This document shows, in pieces, positions 26,176 through 39,232 of a stretch of DNA of 64,000 nt. The stretch lies in the NCBI RefSeq assembly GCF_018350175.1, contig NC_058368.1, forward strand, positions 32,304,001 to 32,368,000, given 5' to 3'. The first letter of the stretch is position 1. Every line of letters begins with the position of its first letter. The notes beneath the pieces were generated by a model. That model had not been told where the DNA came from. It searched no databases and saw only the letters and a list, made by a program, of their open reading frames with translations. Position numbers and translations under genes: made by a program. The DNA comes from Felis catus. Its lineage: Eukaryota.

Positions 26176-26808
26176 TGGTCCTTCTGCAATTTTCCTTTAT
26201 TCTCTCCTGTATCTCTGATATTATAATAGTTTTTGACATTTTTGCATCTACTTTCCAAAGCTAACTTTTTTCCCCTTATTTTCCTATCTTTCTTTACCTT
26301 TCTAATAATGTCTGATTGAACTCCTTCCAGGCCAGTGATGTATTCTTTAGCAGAATCCAGTTTACTGATATGAGCACATATTGGTGATTTTGTTGAGAAG
26401 GTGGGAGTTGCCGTTATTTATCTACAATAAGTATTACATCCCATAATTTCAGCTATTTCTTCTTTACAATTGTTCATAACAGCCTTATATTTCCAGTGTG
26501 TTCTCTCTTCCCCTCCATATTATGTATTATGCTCATCAAAAATATTTTTCTGTCTGAGCCATTTAGTTCTGTTTTTCCTTGCATTTTTATCATATTTGTA
26601 TTTTATGCCTTCTTTTATTTTATAACAACCAAACTTTTCCTGTATTCTACCATTTCTTCTCATTATAGTCCATTTGAGAGCATCAGCTTCTGTGATTCAA
26701 TCTTCTCTGGCTAAGATGATACTCCCAGTACCTAGTTGGTGCATCCCCTGCTGAGTTTAAAGAGAGAAAGAACTAGGGACAGATATACATTGGGGTCAAA
26801 AGCCATTG

Positions 26809-27059
26809 ATGTTTTCACTCTTATGTGGATCCTGAGAAACTTAACAGAAGACCATGGGGGAAGGGAAGGGAAAAAAAAAAGTTAGACAGGGAGCCAAACC
26901 ATAAGAGACTCTTAAAAACTGAGAATAAACTGAGGGTTGATGGGGGGTGGGAGGGAGGCGAGGGTGGGTGATGGGCATTGAGGAGGGCACCTGTTGGGAT
27001 GAGCACTGGGTGTTGTATGGAAACCAATTTGATGATAAATTTCATATTAAAAAAAAAAA
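26809..27059 (+). mobile_element. Young felid L1 (L1_Fc type) 3' end, about 250 bp
   Basis: atgttttcactcttatgtggatcctgagaaacttaacagaagaccatggggg...ggaaaccaatttgatgataaatttcatatt plus poly-A. Confidence 0.93.
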
Positions 27060-28556
27060 TCAGGACTCACCTGGACCCTGCTTTCGTAGTCTCAAATTCA
27101 TCAGTTCAGGTTTTGGAGAATTACTTTCCCTACCACTATTTTAACAATTTCTCTTTTCAAAGAGCTGCTTCTTGGAAAGGTTGTGAGGGAGCATTACAGA
27201 TGACGTGATGATGCCTAGGGTTGTTATATGCTCCCACAGTCACCATGAAGTGATGTTGTGATATGGCTTATCTCTTAGAACTCCGTTTTACTGCCCCATA
27301 ATAGAGTGTACAAAGCTATTTTTATATTAGATACCCCCATTACTGTAAGATTGTATTTCTACCACTTCAGTTATTTATGTTAGGTTTCCTTCAATTTACT
27401 TGTATAACTTTGGAGTCTAGGAGGCCAAAGGTTTAAAAAAAAAAAAAAAAAAAGAAAGGTAGTAAGCAAGCAACTAAGCAAACGGACAAAAACACCAAAC
27501 CAAACATTTTAGTAAATGCCTGGCTAATACCCAGTGTTGTAAATAGATTATTGAGCTTTTAATATCTATTTTTATTGACCTAAGCCCCAAGATTTGTAAA
27601 CTTTGGATTAATTCAAATAATTTTTGAAATAAAATTCAAACTGGATGAGCTAGTAGAGCTCGGGCATAGAAGTCTATTTAAAAAAAAAAGAAAAAGTCCC
27701 AACTATTCTCTCTTAAAATGAAATCAGTCTGCATTTAGCTTGCTAGAAGTTTTATTATTTAATAATTTAATTATTATTTAATAATTTTCAATTGTTCAAG
27801 ATTATTTTTCTCTTGTTTTTCTTTACTTCTTTTTCCCCTTGGGGATTTTTCCTTAAAGACAACCAAAGCAAACTGGGGTTGCATATAGGAAACAGACCCA
27901 AACACTTGAGCTTGTTAATGGTATGTGTGAGCAGAAAAGAGAATAACTGCTGTGATACATATTCTCGAACAATAATACGGAAATGAAAAGGAAAAGGAAG
28001 GGTGGACAAGAAAAACTGACTCTTTTTTTCCATTCCTAGAGGGAGATTGCATTTAAAGAAACTTCCCTTTCCTTCCAGCTGGTGGGGTTCCTCAGTGTGA
28101 TGGATGTCTCCAATTCTAAGCAATATTATGGCAAGTAGCTCAGCACCGCTCTGCTCAGCAGTGAAGGCGATGCAGTGTATTTTCAACTGGCACTACAGGG
28201 GAGCTGAGATTTTTCTTTTTATATATCATTTATAAATTGATACTGTAACTCCACCAAGCAGTAGCTTTTAAAACTTAATGAGGATGAAAAATTGTGTGCA
28301 TGTTCACGTGTATACCTGTGAGTGAGAAACTATATGTTTAACATTTGATGTTACTAAGAGGTTGGCAGAAGTTAACAACTCAAGCTCTTAACTATATTCT
28401 ATTTTGATGATTTCCCCTTACTTCTTTGGAGTAATAACTTTGTCTTTAGTTTATATATTGATAATGAAAAAATAGAGGACTGATGATAAAAAAATTTCCT
28501 TGTTTGAAATTGTAAGACACCGTAGTACTATAAACAAAAGTACTCTGGCTATTGTC

Positions 28557-28743
28557 TAGGGTTGCCAGATTTAGCAGATAAATTAGATTCCCACTTAAAT
28601 TTGAATTTCAGATAAACAACAGGTAAGTTTTAGTACAAGCGTGTCCCAAATATTGCATAGGAAAATTTATACTAAGAAAATATTCATTGTTTATCTGAAA
28701 ATAAAATTTAACTGAAAATCCTGTGTTTTATCTGATAAGCTTA
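28557..28743. mobile_element. MER53 palindromic non-autonomous DNA transposon
   Basis: tagggttgccagatttagca...ttaaatttgaatttcagataaacaac...gtcccaaatattgcat...ttgtttatctgaaaataaaatttaactg...ttttatctg; internal inverted symmetry visible. Confidence 0.9.
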
Positions 28744-29205
28744 ATATTATCGACCACAGATTTCATTCTCATAAGGAATAGTTTTGAGGAAAATATGAAT
28801 TGCTTCAGTGTTTACGTATGATTACAGAACAAATACATTGGTGGCTTAAATAGATCCTTGAGAATGGAAAGCTGATTTTTTTTTCCTGTCTCTTTATTTC
28901 AGTAAAGTCAGGCAGTGAACAATGTTCCATAAAGGTCAATTGGCAACTGTACCATCTGCTCTGGGTCCCTAGAATAAATCTCCTGCTGGGGTCCTGATAC
29001 ACATGAGCACATGTTGTTTTCACAAAGACCAAAATCTTATATTGTATTTCTGCTTGATCCCTGCTGTGGATGCCAGCTTCACAGCATCAGTAATGGTGTT
29101 TGGGGCTGAATCCTGGACCTTCATTATGCTGATTGCTGCCAATCTCAGAAATAAAGATTCCACTAGGTTATAATAACATGAAATGAAATGCTGGAATCCA
29201 TGTGT

Positions 29206-29615
29206 TGTGGACTAACAGGTAATGCACCCAGATGACCTTTAATGGACCTGTCTGCCTGTGCCCCAGCTTCTGTGAGGATTAGCTTCTACTGTTCCAGCTG
29301 CACCCGCCTCTAGAGACTGGCTCTGGAAAGACAGAAATGCCTAACAGGTTATGTGTCTCCCGTCTCCTTCAGCTATGCACGGTGAATGAATGATTGATAA
29401 TAGATTGGAAAACATCTCATGATGGGACAACTTTGTGAGGTAATTAATACTCCTGAGCTCTTTGTAAAATCAAGCTGAGTCTAAACTTCAGGTAAAAACC
29501 ATAAATTTGCTTTTTTTTCTCCTGTTGTGTTCTCACAGAGAACACTATCTAAATAAATAACTTGTATATAAATCTCCATCTCAAATTCTGCTTCTGAGCA
29601 TCTGAAACCAAGGCA
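29206..29615 (+). mobile_element. LTR16-family solo LTR (ERVL)
   Basis: gggacaactttgtgaggtaattaatactcctgagctc...atcaagctgag...aataaataacttgtatataaatctccatctcaaattctgcttctg...aaggca. Confidence 0.72.
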
Positions 29616-30949
29616 TTATCCAACTGTCATAAAGAAAAGTATTCATTTAGACAAAATCAAATGAGAGGATCGAAGACTTACCTGTTGAATGTAAAACCAT
29701 ATATGAGAAAAAGGATGCATACTCAATAATAACTATACTTCCTAGCTCCTCATGGCACTTTACAACAGGTTTGCAACCCAGAAGAATAATTGCATAATTA
29801 CTACCATTGTGATAGAACTGATAGCTTGAGAGTGACTAAGAGTTAAGAACAGGTGGTTAAAAAAAAGGCTGAAAGACAAATCTAACCTTCTTTATTGCCT
29901 TAAGCCATTTCATCATTTTACTTAACCAAATAACACTGAACTTTCAACTCTAGTTAGTATGTGTTTGTTTCTATGATGATAGAACCCTTTGAAATGAGAT
30001 ACCATAGTAATAGGATGTTACTGCTTTCAGTCCCAGGAGAAGATAAACCAGAGACTTAAATATATATTTTAATAAGTACATGTTACATGTGAATATAGTT
30101 TACTAAAAATTTTTGTAGATATTTATAGCTCCTAAGTTCCCAACACATTGAATAATGTCAATGTGTAGCATATTACAGGATCACACACATGAACATCGCT
30201 GCCCTGTTGTATATGAAAAACAAGCACTGAAAATACAAGAATGCAAGGATAGAAATATCCACTTACATTCTTATGAACAAGGAGGCACTGTTTCTCATGG
30301 TGAGATGAATTTATAGAAATAACATTGGCATAATGTGATAATAATGGCTGCATATGGAGGCAAGGGAAGGAAATGCTGAGTACCTTCACATTAGAATTCA
30401 GGAATCCAAAGGTCAAAATTATCAGGTTAAATTTATTCATGCTTTCATGTGCAAGATGCTGAAAGTAAGTTTGTGTAAGAGTTTTGATAAGGGCTCAAAT
30501 ATGTAATTGTTTTCACTTGATAAAAATGAGTTGTCTCCTCAAAATCCTTGCATGAAAATTTATGGATGACAGTCTGTTGTACCGACATTTCATGTTAAGT
30601 TATATATATTTTTTTAATTTTCAAATTTTATCTGCATCTAAATAAGTAAATGTATTTTTTAGTGTTCACTTCCCAATAATGTAACCTGGCACCATCTGAC
30701 AAAAAGATTGAAACTATTACAAGTGACTTTAACATATTTACAGTATCTTTTTACTTACAAATAGTATGTTCACTTGTTAAGATGTGCAAGATAGCTGATA
30801 TACTTTAGAGTCTATTTTGAGAATTTCTCTTTGCCTCTGATAACATAACCCCATGGTGAAATGACATGTAAAATAGAGGGAGTTTTTTGGATTGTTTTGG
30901 TTTTATTATTATTATTATTATTTTATAATTAACTAAACTCAAAAGGTAG

Positions 30950-30951
30950 GA

Positions 30952-30991
<40 letters not shown>

Positions 30992-31060
30992 AAAGAAAAA
31001 AGAAAGAAAGAAAGGAAGGAAAAAGGTAGGAAGAAAGGAGGAAAGGAAGAAAGGAAGAAA
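30950..31060. repeat. (GAAA)n/(GGAA)n purine tract
   Basis: Seen directly; preceded by (TAT)n at about 30903-30921. Confidence 0.93.
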
Positions 31061-33456
31061 ATTTGGAACTAAATTAAACCATAAAAGTAAAATGACATAT
31101 TTTCCATGTATTTTTTTGTAGACGGCACCAAATCTACCTATGAGAATACTTCAGTGTAGAAGGAAACTAAAAGCTAGACAAAAGTCAAAGAACCTCGAAG
31201 GAAACAGTTATAAAAGATAAAAATCTTACCAATACTAAAAGAACACATGTGTTCTCAGTTACACATAATTGAATTCTGAATTGTCTTTTAGCTCATTATG
31301 ATATGCTGTATAGGTATATATTTCTCTGATGTTTCCTAAATTTTATTCTTAGGCAGAAAAACTGGTGAACCTCTAGAAACTAACTCAGCAAGGCAGTTAA
31401 CTAGTACCAAACCCACCTCAGCCGATTTCTGATGACAAACCCGTTCTACAAACCTACAAACCTGGAGTAGTGAGACATACAGAGCCTCAGCAGGACAAAA
31501 GAATCAGTCTTTTCCGATTAACAACACAGGTTGGAATACCATATGCAATTGTTTCATTTTGCCCAGACAATTGTGAGCTATTGATATCCCTCTCCACCAA
31601 CAGACACATTCCTGGCCTCATCCAGTGTGCAGAAAACCCATAGATAGGTGCAGGTTTGAGATCCTGTGTGATGTGTTGTGTATGCATGCCCTATATGTCA
31701 TGCAAAACAGAACATGGGCTACTTAGGCCAATACTTCCTAAGAGATTCTTCAGCTCAGAAACCTATGGTCATCCAACAGCAACTAAAATGAAAACTTATC
31801 CTAGCAGAGCTTGATCAAGATCCAGTGTCCGTCAGATGATCTCCAAATGTCTGGCCCATTTTAACATAATTCCCCTTAATGTCTTTTGGTATCAACATTT
31901 GCTTTGAACCTTCAATTGTGTTAGGTGGCTAAAATATTTTTCATATATAATTTTCGGTCACCAATTCAAACATATGAAAAGTCCTCTTTTGTTTTTTGTT
32001 TTTTTTTGAGTTGTACATAAAAATGCACATATTCAACACATTTGTGTCAACAGTCCCATAATACAAAAATAAACTGTGTAACTAAACAATATTCCAGCCC
32101 AAAGGAGCACAAGTTCCAAATCTCCTACTTGGTTCAGACTATAACTCCACTCTCCAAATAAGATTTATGACTCTTCTTGGGACTTGCATTACTGGGCAGT
32201 GAGGGAACTTTCCTTAGGAAGGGGAACATGTATCTAAGTCACAACAGAGTTCTGACAGATTTTCTCCTAGAAAGGATGGGAAGATTAAGAGTTACCTGAA
32301 ATCCCCTTAAGACTCTTTTGATGGGAACCAGTGAAGCAAGTTTAAGGTAATGTCATTTCTGCTGCTTTATCAGTACTATCTAAGATATATTTCACCTTTT
32401 AAGCTGCACTATATCAGCATTTTTGGTGATAGCATAACAAGTTGTCCAAAATAGAAAGTTGTTCAAATTGCTTTGCCAAAACTAATTGTTTTTCTGGTAT
32501 TGTGAGATCTAGATAAGCTAAAATTTTCTCAGTATGATTGAAATAATTTTATAACAGGAAACAACCTTAAGAGGACCCAGGGTACCTGATTTTTAACACA
32601 TTCTGTAGCTGAAAAGCTAAGCCATTTAAATAGTAATTTTGCAATATCCTTCATAGACCAGATTCAGGAACCTGTACTTCGTGTGGTACTACTGAGTTCT
32701 CCGTGAATATGCTTCATGTTAATTACTTGCTTTAATAAAGGTTAGGAGTGGATGTATCTGAAATAAAACCCAATGGAAGAAACAATCCTTTTATCCCCTT
32801 TTACATTTATTTTCTTTTATCATTTATCCTTATAATTCTGTGCCTTTGTGCTTTTTAACCAGCTATGACAATTGTGCAGAATGTTAAAAAGGCATATCTT
32901 GGTTCAATGTCAGGTAATAATAACCTTCTTTGGTAATGATCAAGATAGAAGCTAAATACTAACCGTTTTCAAATTCTCTTTTTTGACTTTGCTGGCGGTA
33001 ATCTAATAAGATGACAATGTAATATTATTTTAATATTCATGCACACAATTATATGAATATGCAAAACTCACGCTCCTAATGCAGAACAACAAATATAAAA
33101 GGAGTCTTACTCTGGATTTCACCCTTATCTATTCTAAAGTGTGTGGGGATTTCAAAGTAAAGTATTCTCTTGTGTATAATATATCTAGCTCAATTTTGAA
33201 ATCTTTGACAATGGCTAAATGTAGTTGCATAAGTAATATATAGTGCATTAACTTTCACAGTAAATGTGCTCGTATTGTGAGTTTAGTCATAATGGGCTTT
33301 TTCGAACACTGAATGAATATCTCTGCTTAACAACTATTTTTCTTCAGGGTCATTAAAATATATGTTTTTGGTTCCTCTTTTGTTTATACAAAAGAATGGT
33401 CACCATGAAATATTTTCAACCCCAACCCCCTCTCCCAATTCTATTTGTGTTTAGTC

Positions 33457-33484
33457 TTTTTTTTTTTTTTTTTTTTTTTTTTTT
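33457..33484. repeat. Poly-T run (28 nt)
   Basis: Seen directly. Confidence 0.9.
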
Positions 33485-34373
33485 AGCAATAATGGAACCA
33501 GACATTAAGTGCTTCTCAAAATGGGTCAAATATCACAATGTATGCTAATTATTTTTTCAAGGTAAAAGATTTATTCCCCATAAATCAGGTTTGGTTCCCC
33601 AAACCTGATCCTACCACTTTGTAGAATGATTTTACTAAAACTTCAGTGGCATATACAGAAGAGAGTTATATCACACTTAATGATGCAAAATTTAATTTAA
33701 AATATGCATTCAATCATTCTCTTTTCCTCACACATATCCTAAAATATTCTTAGTAACCAGCTGCTCCATCTCCCTCTGATTTCTTTTTTCGTTAGTGTCT
33801 CCTGACTAATAAATACTAGCCTTTCCATCTTCTGAAACTCCTTCTCCCACAAACTTTCAGTAAAAATTTCACTGCTTGTTTTATTAATTGGGGTCTGCTG
33901 GTACCAGTGACCATATTTCAACTCCAAGTCAGTAAAAGAGAACTTAATTTGTGTAGATAACTCGGAAATCCAGGAACTAGACTTGTGTTCAGGTATAAAC
34001 AGACCTTTCTACTCAGAACGTTGTGACTTTTCACCTTGGGTTGTGTTTTTTGACTTCACAGGCTTGGTTGTTTCCCACTGGAGAGAGTCACTCCTGGTGT
34101 CAGGAAATGTGATCCTCTGGCAAGATCAGCAAGAGGCCAAAGCATTTTCTAACTATGAACTTTAATGTTTAGTACGAGAATAATAACTTACTTACCTATT
34201 TGGACAGAAATTTCATATTAAATATTGAATTCAATTTTATTTAAGAAAAGCACTGCATTTTAATTTGTTTTTCATAAGCCTTGAAGAAAAATAAGTTTAA
34301 TAGATTTTGAGAAGAGGTTTTCTTGGTCGTAAGGCAATCATCCTCTTATTTCCCTCCTCGTCTCAATATTTTC

Positions 34374-34562
34374 TTTTTTCTTTTTAATGTTTATTTGGTT
34401 TTGAGAGACTGAGAGCAGGGGAAGGGCAGAGAGAGGGGGACAGAGGATCAAAATGAGCTCTGCACTGACAGCAACGAGCCCATTGTGGGGGGTCGAACTC
34501 ATAAACCATGAGCTCATGACCTGAAGTCCAACGCTCAACTGATTGAGCAACCCAGGTACCCC
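34374..34562 (-). mobile_element. Can-SINE
   Basis: TSD tctca(a/g)tattttc at 34361-34373 and 34563-34575. Confidence 0.92.
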
Positions 34563-35206
34563 TCTCAGTATTTTCAATACCTAATAATTTCCAAAAAAAA
34601 TGAGTACTTAGCAATTTGTGACTCCATATAATGATGGTGGTCATTAAAATACTCTCTCATTTGCATGTGCGGTCTATAAATGGCCTGTTTTGTACTAGCA
34701 GAAATAGAAGAGTTGCAACACAATTTCATTCTCTCTTTGTTTCTTACTATGACTATATTTTCTCTAAATCTTTACTGACGTGTAGTACTGCTGAAATCCT
34801 TTTATTTCCTGCACACAATTATATGAATTATATAAACAATCCATATGAATTACGGAAATTTTATTTCATTTGTCTTCCTTCCTTTCTTCTTTTATTTCCT
34901 TTTTGATAAAAAGCGGAAGAATATAGCCCACCATTTCTGAACCCACGTAATCTTGAACAAACCTAAGCCATTATTATTACTAATGATATAAATAGACTAA
35001 AGAAAGTAATGAATAGATGAATAGATTTCCAAGCATTAAATATGATCCTTTTAGAAAGACAGAATAAATGCTCGCCTACTTCCCTTTAAATTACCAATTT
35101 TATGAATAAACACGTGGTGTCATATGTAGTTCAAATGGTGTAAAATGAGTTCTTTTCATCCTTCTCTGGGTATCACTATGGACTGATTGGTTTGTTTCAT
35201 ATTTTA

Positions 35207-35419
35207 TTTTATTTTTTTAAATATTTGTTTTTGACAGAGAGAGAGAGAGACAGAGCATGACTGGGGGAGGGACAAAGAGCAAGGGAGACACAGAATCCGA
35301 AACGGGCTCCAGGCTCTGAGCGTCAGCACAGAGCCCAACGTGGGGCTTGAGCCTAGGACAGCGAGATCATGACCTGAGCTGAAGTCAGACGCTCAACCTA
35401 CCAAGCCACCCAGCTGCCC
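35207..35419 (-). mobile_element. Can-SINE (SINEC_Fc type)
   Basis: TSD ggtttgtttc(a/g)tatttta at 35189-35206 and 35420-35437. Confidence 0.95.
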
Positions 35420-36536
35420 GGTTTGTTTCGTATTTTATAATTAATTAGAACTATTTAATGCTGTCATGTGACTGTCGTGAAGACTCTGAAGCTTGCCTCG
35501 GTCTTTGCAAACTCTTCTAGTCTCTCAGTACTTCCTGTTCTCTGGCAGAGAGAGGTTCTAAAGACTTACCTGGAAATTTCATGATTCCAACTTGTCTGAA
35601 CTATATATCTCTTTGCGACATTGGATGTTTTTAGTGGCAAATTACACTATGAGCCAAGATCTGGAAGCTAGATGTATGTACTGTTACTGGGATATTTTTG
35701 CTTCCAAGCCTTGTAAATTAAAAAAAGTTTAGAAAAAATATGTACACATTTGTAAATTCATAGATAAATATGTAGATAGGTAGATAACAGACAAATAATT
35801 TAAAATTAAGTGGAGCTTTAATTATTTAATGTGTTTTTTGCAGTCCTTTGCATATATGTCAAAAATGTGTTATTATTAATAAATTAATAGATTTGCTTGT
35901 GTCATCCAGCATCACTCATGGAGTATTTTAAATTACAGTTTATTTATTAATACCAACAGATGATTGATATGCTTTATGGTTTCTTTATAGTTTTTTTTTC
36001 CTTATGTCATACCCCATTATTAAGGTATAGTAAGACTGTATTTTTCTAATGTAACTTGGAAAGATTTATGTTTTTCTGTCTGATTAGGTTACCAACTTGA
36101 ATACATGAATTCGATGTCAGCTTTCATTGCTGGTCAGTAAACAGTTTCCTTTCTTATGTCACTCTCTAGAGCATTTAACCTAGAAACAATTTCTAATTAC
36201 TCAAATTATGTTTTCTTAAAGGCTTGCCACTCACCAAAATTAAAGACTCCAATTAGGGAAACTGTCATTCTAAAGTTCTAGACCTAAATATCTAGTATGT
36301 TTATTAAATGATTTCTGATTTGATAGAAAAAAATAAATTCAGGTCTGCTAATTTAATGCCACTGTTCCTTTCTGTAATAGAGCTTTTTAGTCAGCACAGT
36401 ACAAATCAGCCATCTTCTGTTCTGGCCAATGAGCCAAATACGTCACATGTTTTCTTCAGTGTGGCTGACTCATTCCAATCTGTTTCTTTCTTTGTTGTCA
36501 TTTTTATTCCTTAAGAATGCCTTTTAATTCACAAAT

Positions 36537-36754
36537 TTTTTTTTAGTTTTTTTTTTTTATGTTTATTTATTTTTGATAGAGAGAGAGTGCAAGTGGGGGA
36601 GGGGCAGAGAGAGAAGGAGATACAGAATCAGAAGCAGGCTCCAGGGTCCGAGCTGTCAGCACAGAGCCCCACGTGGGGCTCGAACCCCCAAACCGGGAGA
36701 TCATGACCTGAGCCAAAGTCGGACACTTAACCAACTGAGCCACCCAGGAGCCCC
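36537..36754 (-). mobile_element. Can-SINE (SINEC_Fc type)
   Basis: TSD taattcacaaat at 36525-36536 and 36755-36766. Confidence 0.95.
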
Positions 36755-37539
36755 TAATTCACAAATGTTTTAACAATATGTTATTTTAACATTAAAGTAG
36801 ATATTTGGTGTAAAAGTTCAAAAAGACTATCATGCTAGACAGATGGCACAAAGATGAATTGGGATCTGAAACAAGTACGTAAGCTTATATTTTCTACTGT
36901 TGGAAAAAATTAAGGGAGTATGGAAAAGCTGAATACACTAACTGACTTTAGATCAAACCTATTCAAAAATTATGCAATAAAATTTACTTATAAAACACAG
37001 ATACATGTATTCTAAATATTTTGGAAAATAAATGAAGAAATATTATAATCAAATCTACATGGATTTTTCAAAACAGATTTCTGATATTTCCACAAAATAA
37101 GAAAAGTACTCACAACAGACTTTTCATATTTTCTGTTTATCACACAAAATTAGATTTAGCTAAATTTTTCTTACTCTTCAGGTAATTGCATCTTTTAGAT
37201 TTACCATTTGCCTTAAATCTGAATAGAGACTCTAACTACTGATGGTCTATGATTCAAGAGAAGTATCTTTATGGGCTCGATATGATTGGGACATTCTATG
37301 TATATAGCACAGTCCCTTAACCAGACCAAATGATCTCTACAAGGCTAAAGTGCACATTAATTTTGCATTATGAGAAAACAGTCAGTATCCTCATGATTTT
37401 TGTAACAAAATACAAAACAAAATATATAGCTCAATCTTTGGCTTTTGCTCTCAAACTTGTACTTAAAAGTTTTCTCCCAGTGTTCTTTCAAGTTCCATTA
37501 ATATTCTACCAATGTACATTTTGTTAATTCAGTTGAGAT

Positions 37540-37568
37540 TATCTATCTATCTATCTATCTATCCATCT
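37540..37568. repeat. (TATC)n tetranucleotide repeat
   Basis: Seen directly. Confidence 0.85.
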
Positions 37569-37679
37569 AATATTTTGTCTCTTCCCAATACTTTCCCCTC
37601 ATATTTTATTTTAATTATTCTTAGGTTATTACAAAATCACTGTTAAGTTCTCCTAACATGCTTCCAATTAATTTTCTTT

Positions 37680-38370
37680 GTTTTTTCTTAACAGCTTTAA
37701 GTAATTTATATGACTTACAGTTAACCCATTTAAAGTGTTCAAGTCAATGTTTTTTTAAATGTATTCACAAAGGTCTGGATTCATAAGCGCTATCTAATTT
37801 TAGAATACTTTAATCACCCAAAGAAACTATGTACTCCCCATTGTACCTGAATTCCATCCCTAGGCATCCACTCATCTACTTTCCATTCTAGAGACTTGTT
37901 TGTTCTGGTTGTTTCACATAAATGGAATCATATGATGTATTATATTGCTGACTGCCTTTTTTACTTAGCATACCATTTTGAAAGTTCATTCATATTATAC
38001 CATGTATGAAGACTTCATTCTATTTTATTAATGAATAGATAATTTTATATAGATATTAATGAATAGACCATTTTATAGATATGCCACATTAATTAAGCCA
38101 TTCATTAGTTGATGGACATGTGTGTTACTTCCACTTTTAGTTCACATTGTTCCATTATGAAATGGTTGCTATGAACATATTTGTACACGTTTTTGTGTGA
38201 CATAGATTTTCATTTGTTTTGAGAATATATCTACAAATGGAATTGCTGGGTGGTATCAAAACTTTACATTTAATGTTTTGAAGAACTGCTATATTTTTTC
38301 CCAAAATGATCACACAATTACATATTCTCACTACCAATGTAATAGGGTTCTAATTTCTGCTCAACATCCT
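37680..38370 (-). mobile_element. L1MB-type 3' fragment
   Basis: acccatttaaagtg, taggcatccactcatctactttc, cacataaatggaatcatatgatgta, ttcattagttgatggacat, ggaattgctgggtggtat. Confidence 0.82.
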
Positions 38371-38416
38371 TTGTTTCCTGGCATTTTAGTTTTTGTGGTT
38401 GATGACTTTTTTTAAC

Positions 38417-38520
38417 TTTTTTTTTTTTTTTAAAGTAGGCTCCAAGACCAACATGGGGCTTGAACTCACGACCTTGAGATCAAAAGTCACATGCTCTACT
38501 GACTGAACCAGCCAAGCACC
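38417..38520 (-). mobile_element. Short Can-SINE variant: tRNA-derived head plus poly-A, no CT tract
   Basis: aaagtaggctccaagaccaacatggggcttgaactcacgaccttgagatcaaaagtcacatgctctactgactgaaccagccaagcacc. Confidence 0.85.
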
Positions 38521-39074
38521 AATGCATCTAATGTTTTTTTTTTATTGAAAAATACCTTTTTATTGTTATTTTTGATTGTTTACTTCTTTATTGATTTTAA
38601 TAGATTGGTGAAGTCCATTTCCCCTGCAGATTCAGCCTCATGTTGCACCATCTTCCTGACACCCCATACCCAGTGGATGACTTTCTGCCTGGTCCGCCTC
38701 TTGTAGTATCACACCCAGATGTTTACTTCTAGTGATTCTAGTTGATCTCTACGTTGTTTTTGATAATGCCTTGATGAATAAGTTGCTACAGAGTATGTTC
38801 CAAATTAAGGAAGTCTCCTTTGAAGCTGAATCCCAAGAAGGTTCTTTTTAACTGTCTTTTTCCTGTTTCTCCCTGATAAACACCTAGCTGGCCTATTATT
38901 TCACTTATTGCTGTCAAAACAGCAGTCTCCTCTTAATTGCTCACCACTAAGATTGCCATTTTTTTTGACAGTGTCCTTAATCTTTCAGATCCCACATGTG
39001 TTAGTCTAACTATCTTGTATTTTTATGCCATATATATGTGGTGCCAAATGCTAATGTTGCTGTATGTTTGCTAT

Positions 39075-39232
39075 GGCAACCTGGACAAGTAAAGCACAAT
39101 ATTCTAATCCTTTTTTTAAAAAAAAATTTAGTACAAATGATGATAAAGTCATCCGCATCACTCCTTCAACAAGAGTGTTGTGGATATTAAATAAATTAAA
39201 ATAAATATTTACCCAGGATGCCTTGAACTTAG
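39075..39232 (+). mobile_element. Possible MIR remnant
   Basis: ggcaacctggacaagt...aaatgatgata...gtgttgtggatattaaataaa core-like pattern. Confidence 0.4.

Noticed and set aside
27788..28186. 132-aa minus-strand ORF, the longest outside recognised repeats
   Set aside because: Non-ATG start, no recognisable domain, low-complexity C-terminus; compatible with chance
38432..38520. tRNA-like sequence
   Set aside because: Has a poly-A tail and the Can-SINE head sequence with a decayed stem; a short SINE rather than a tRNA gene
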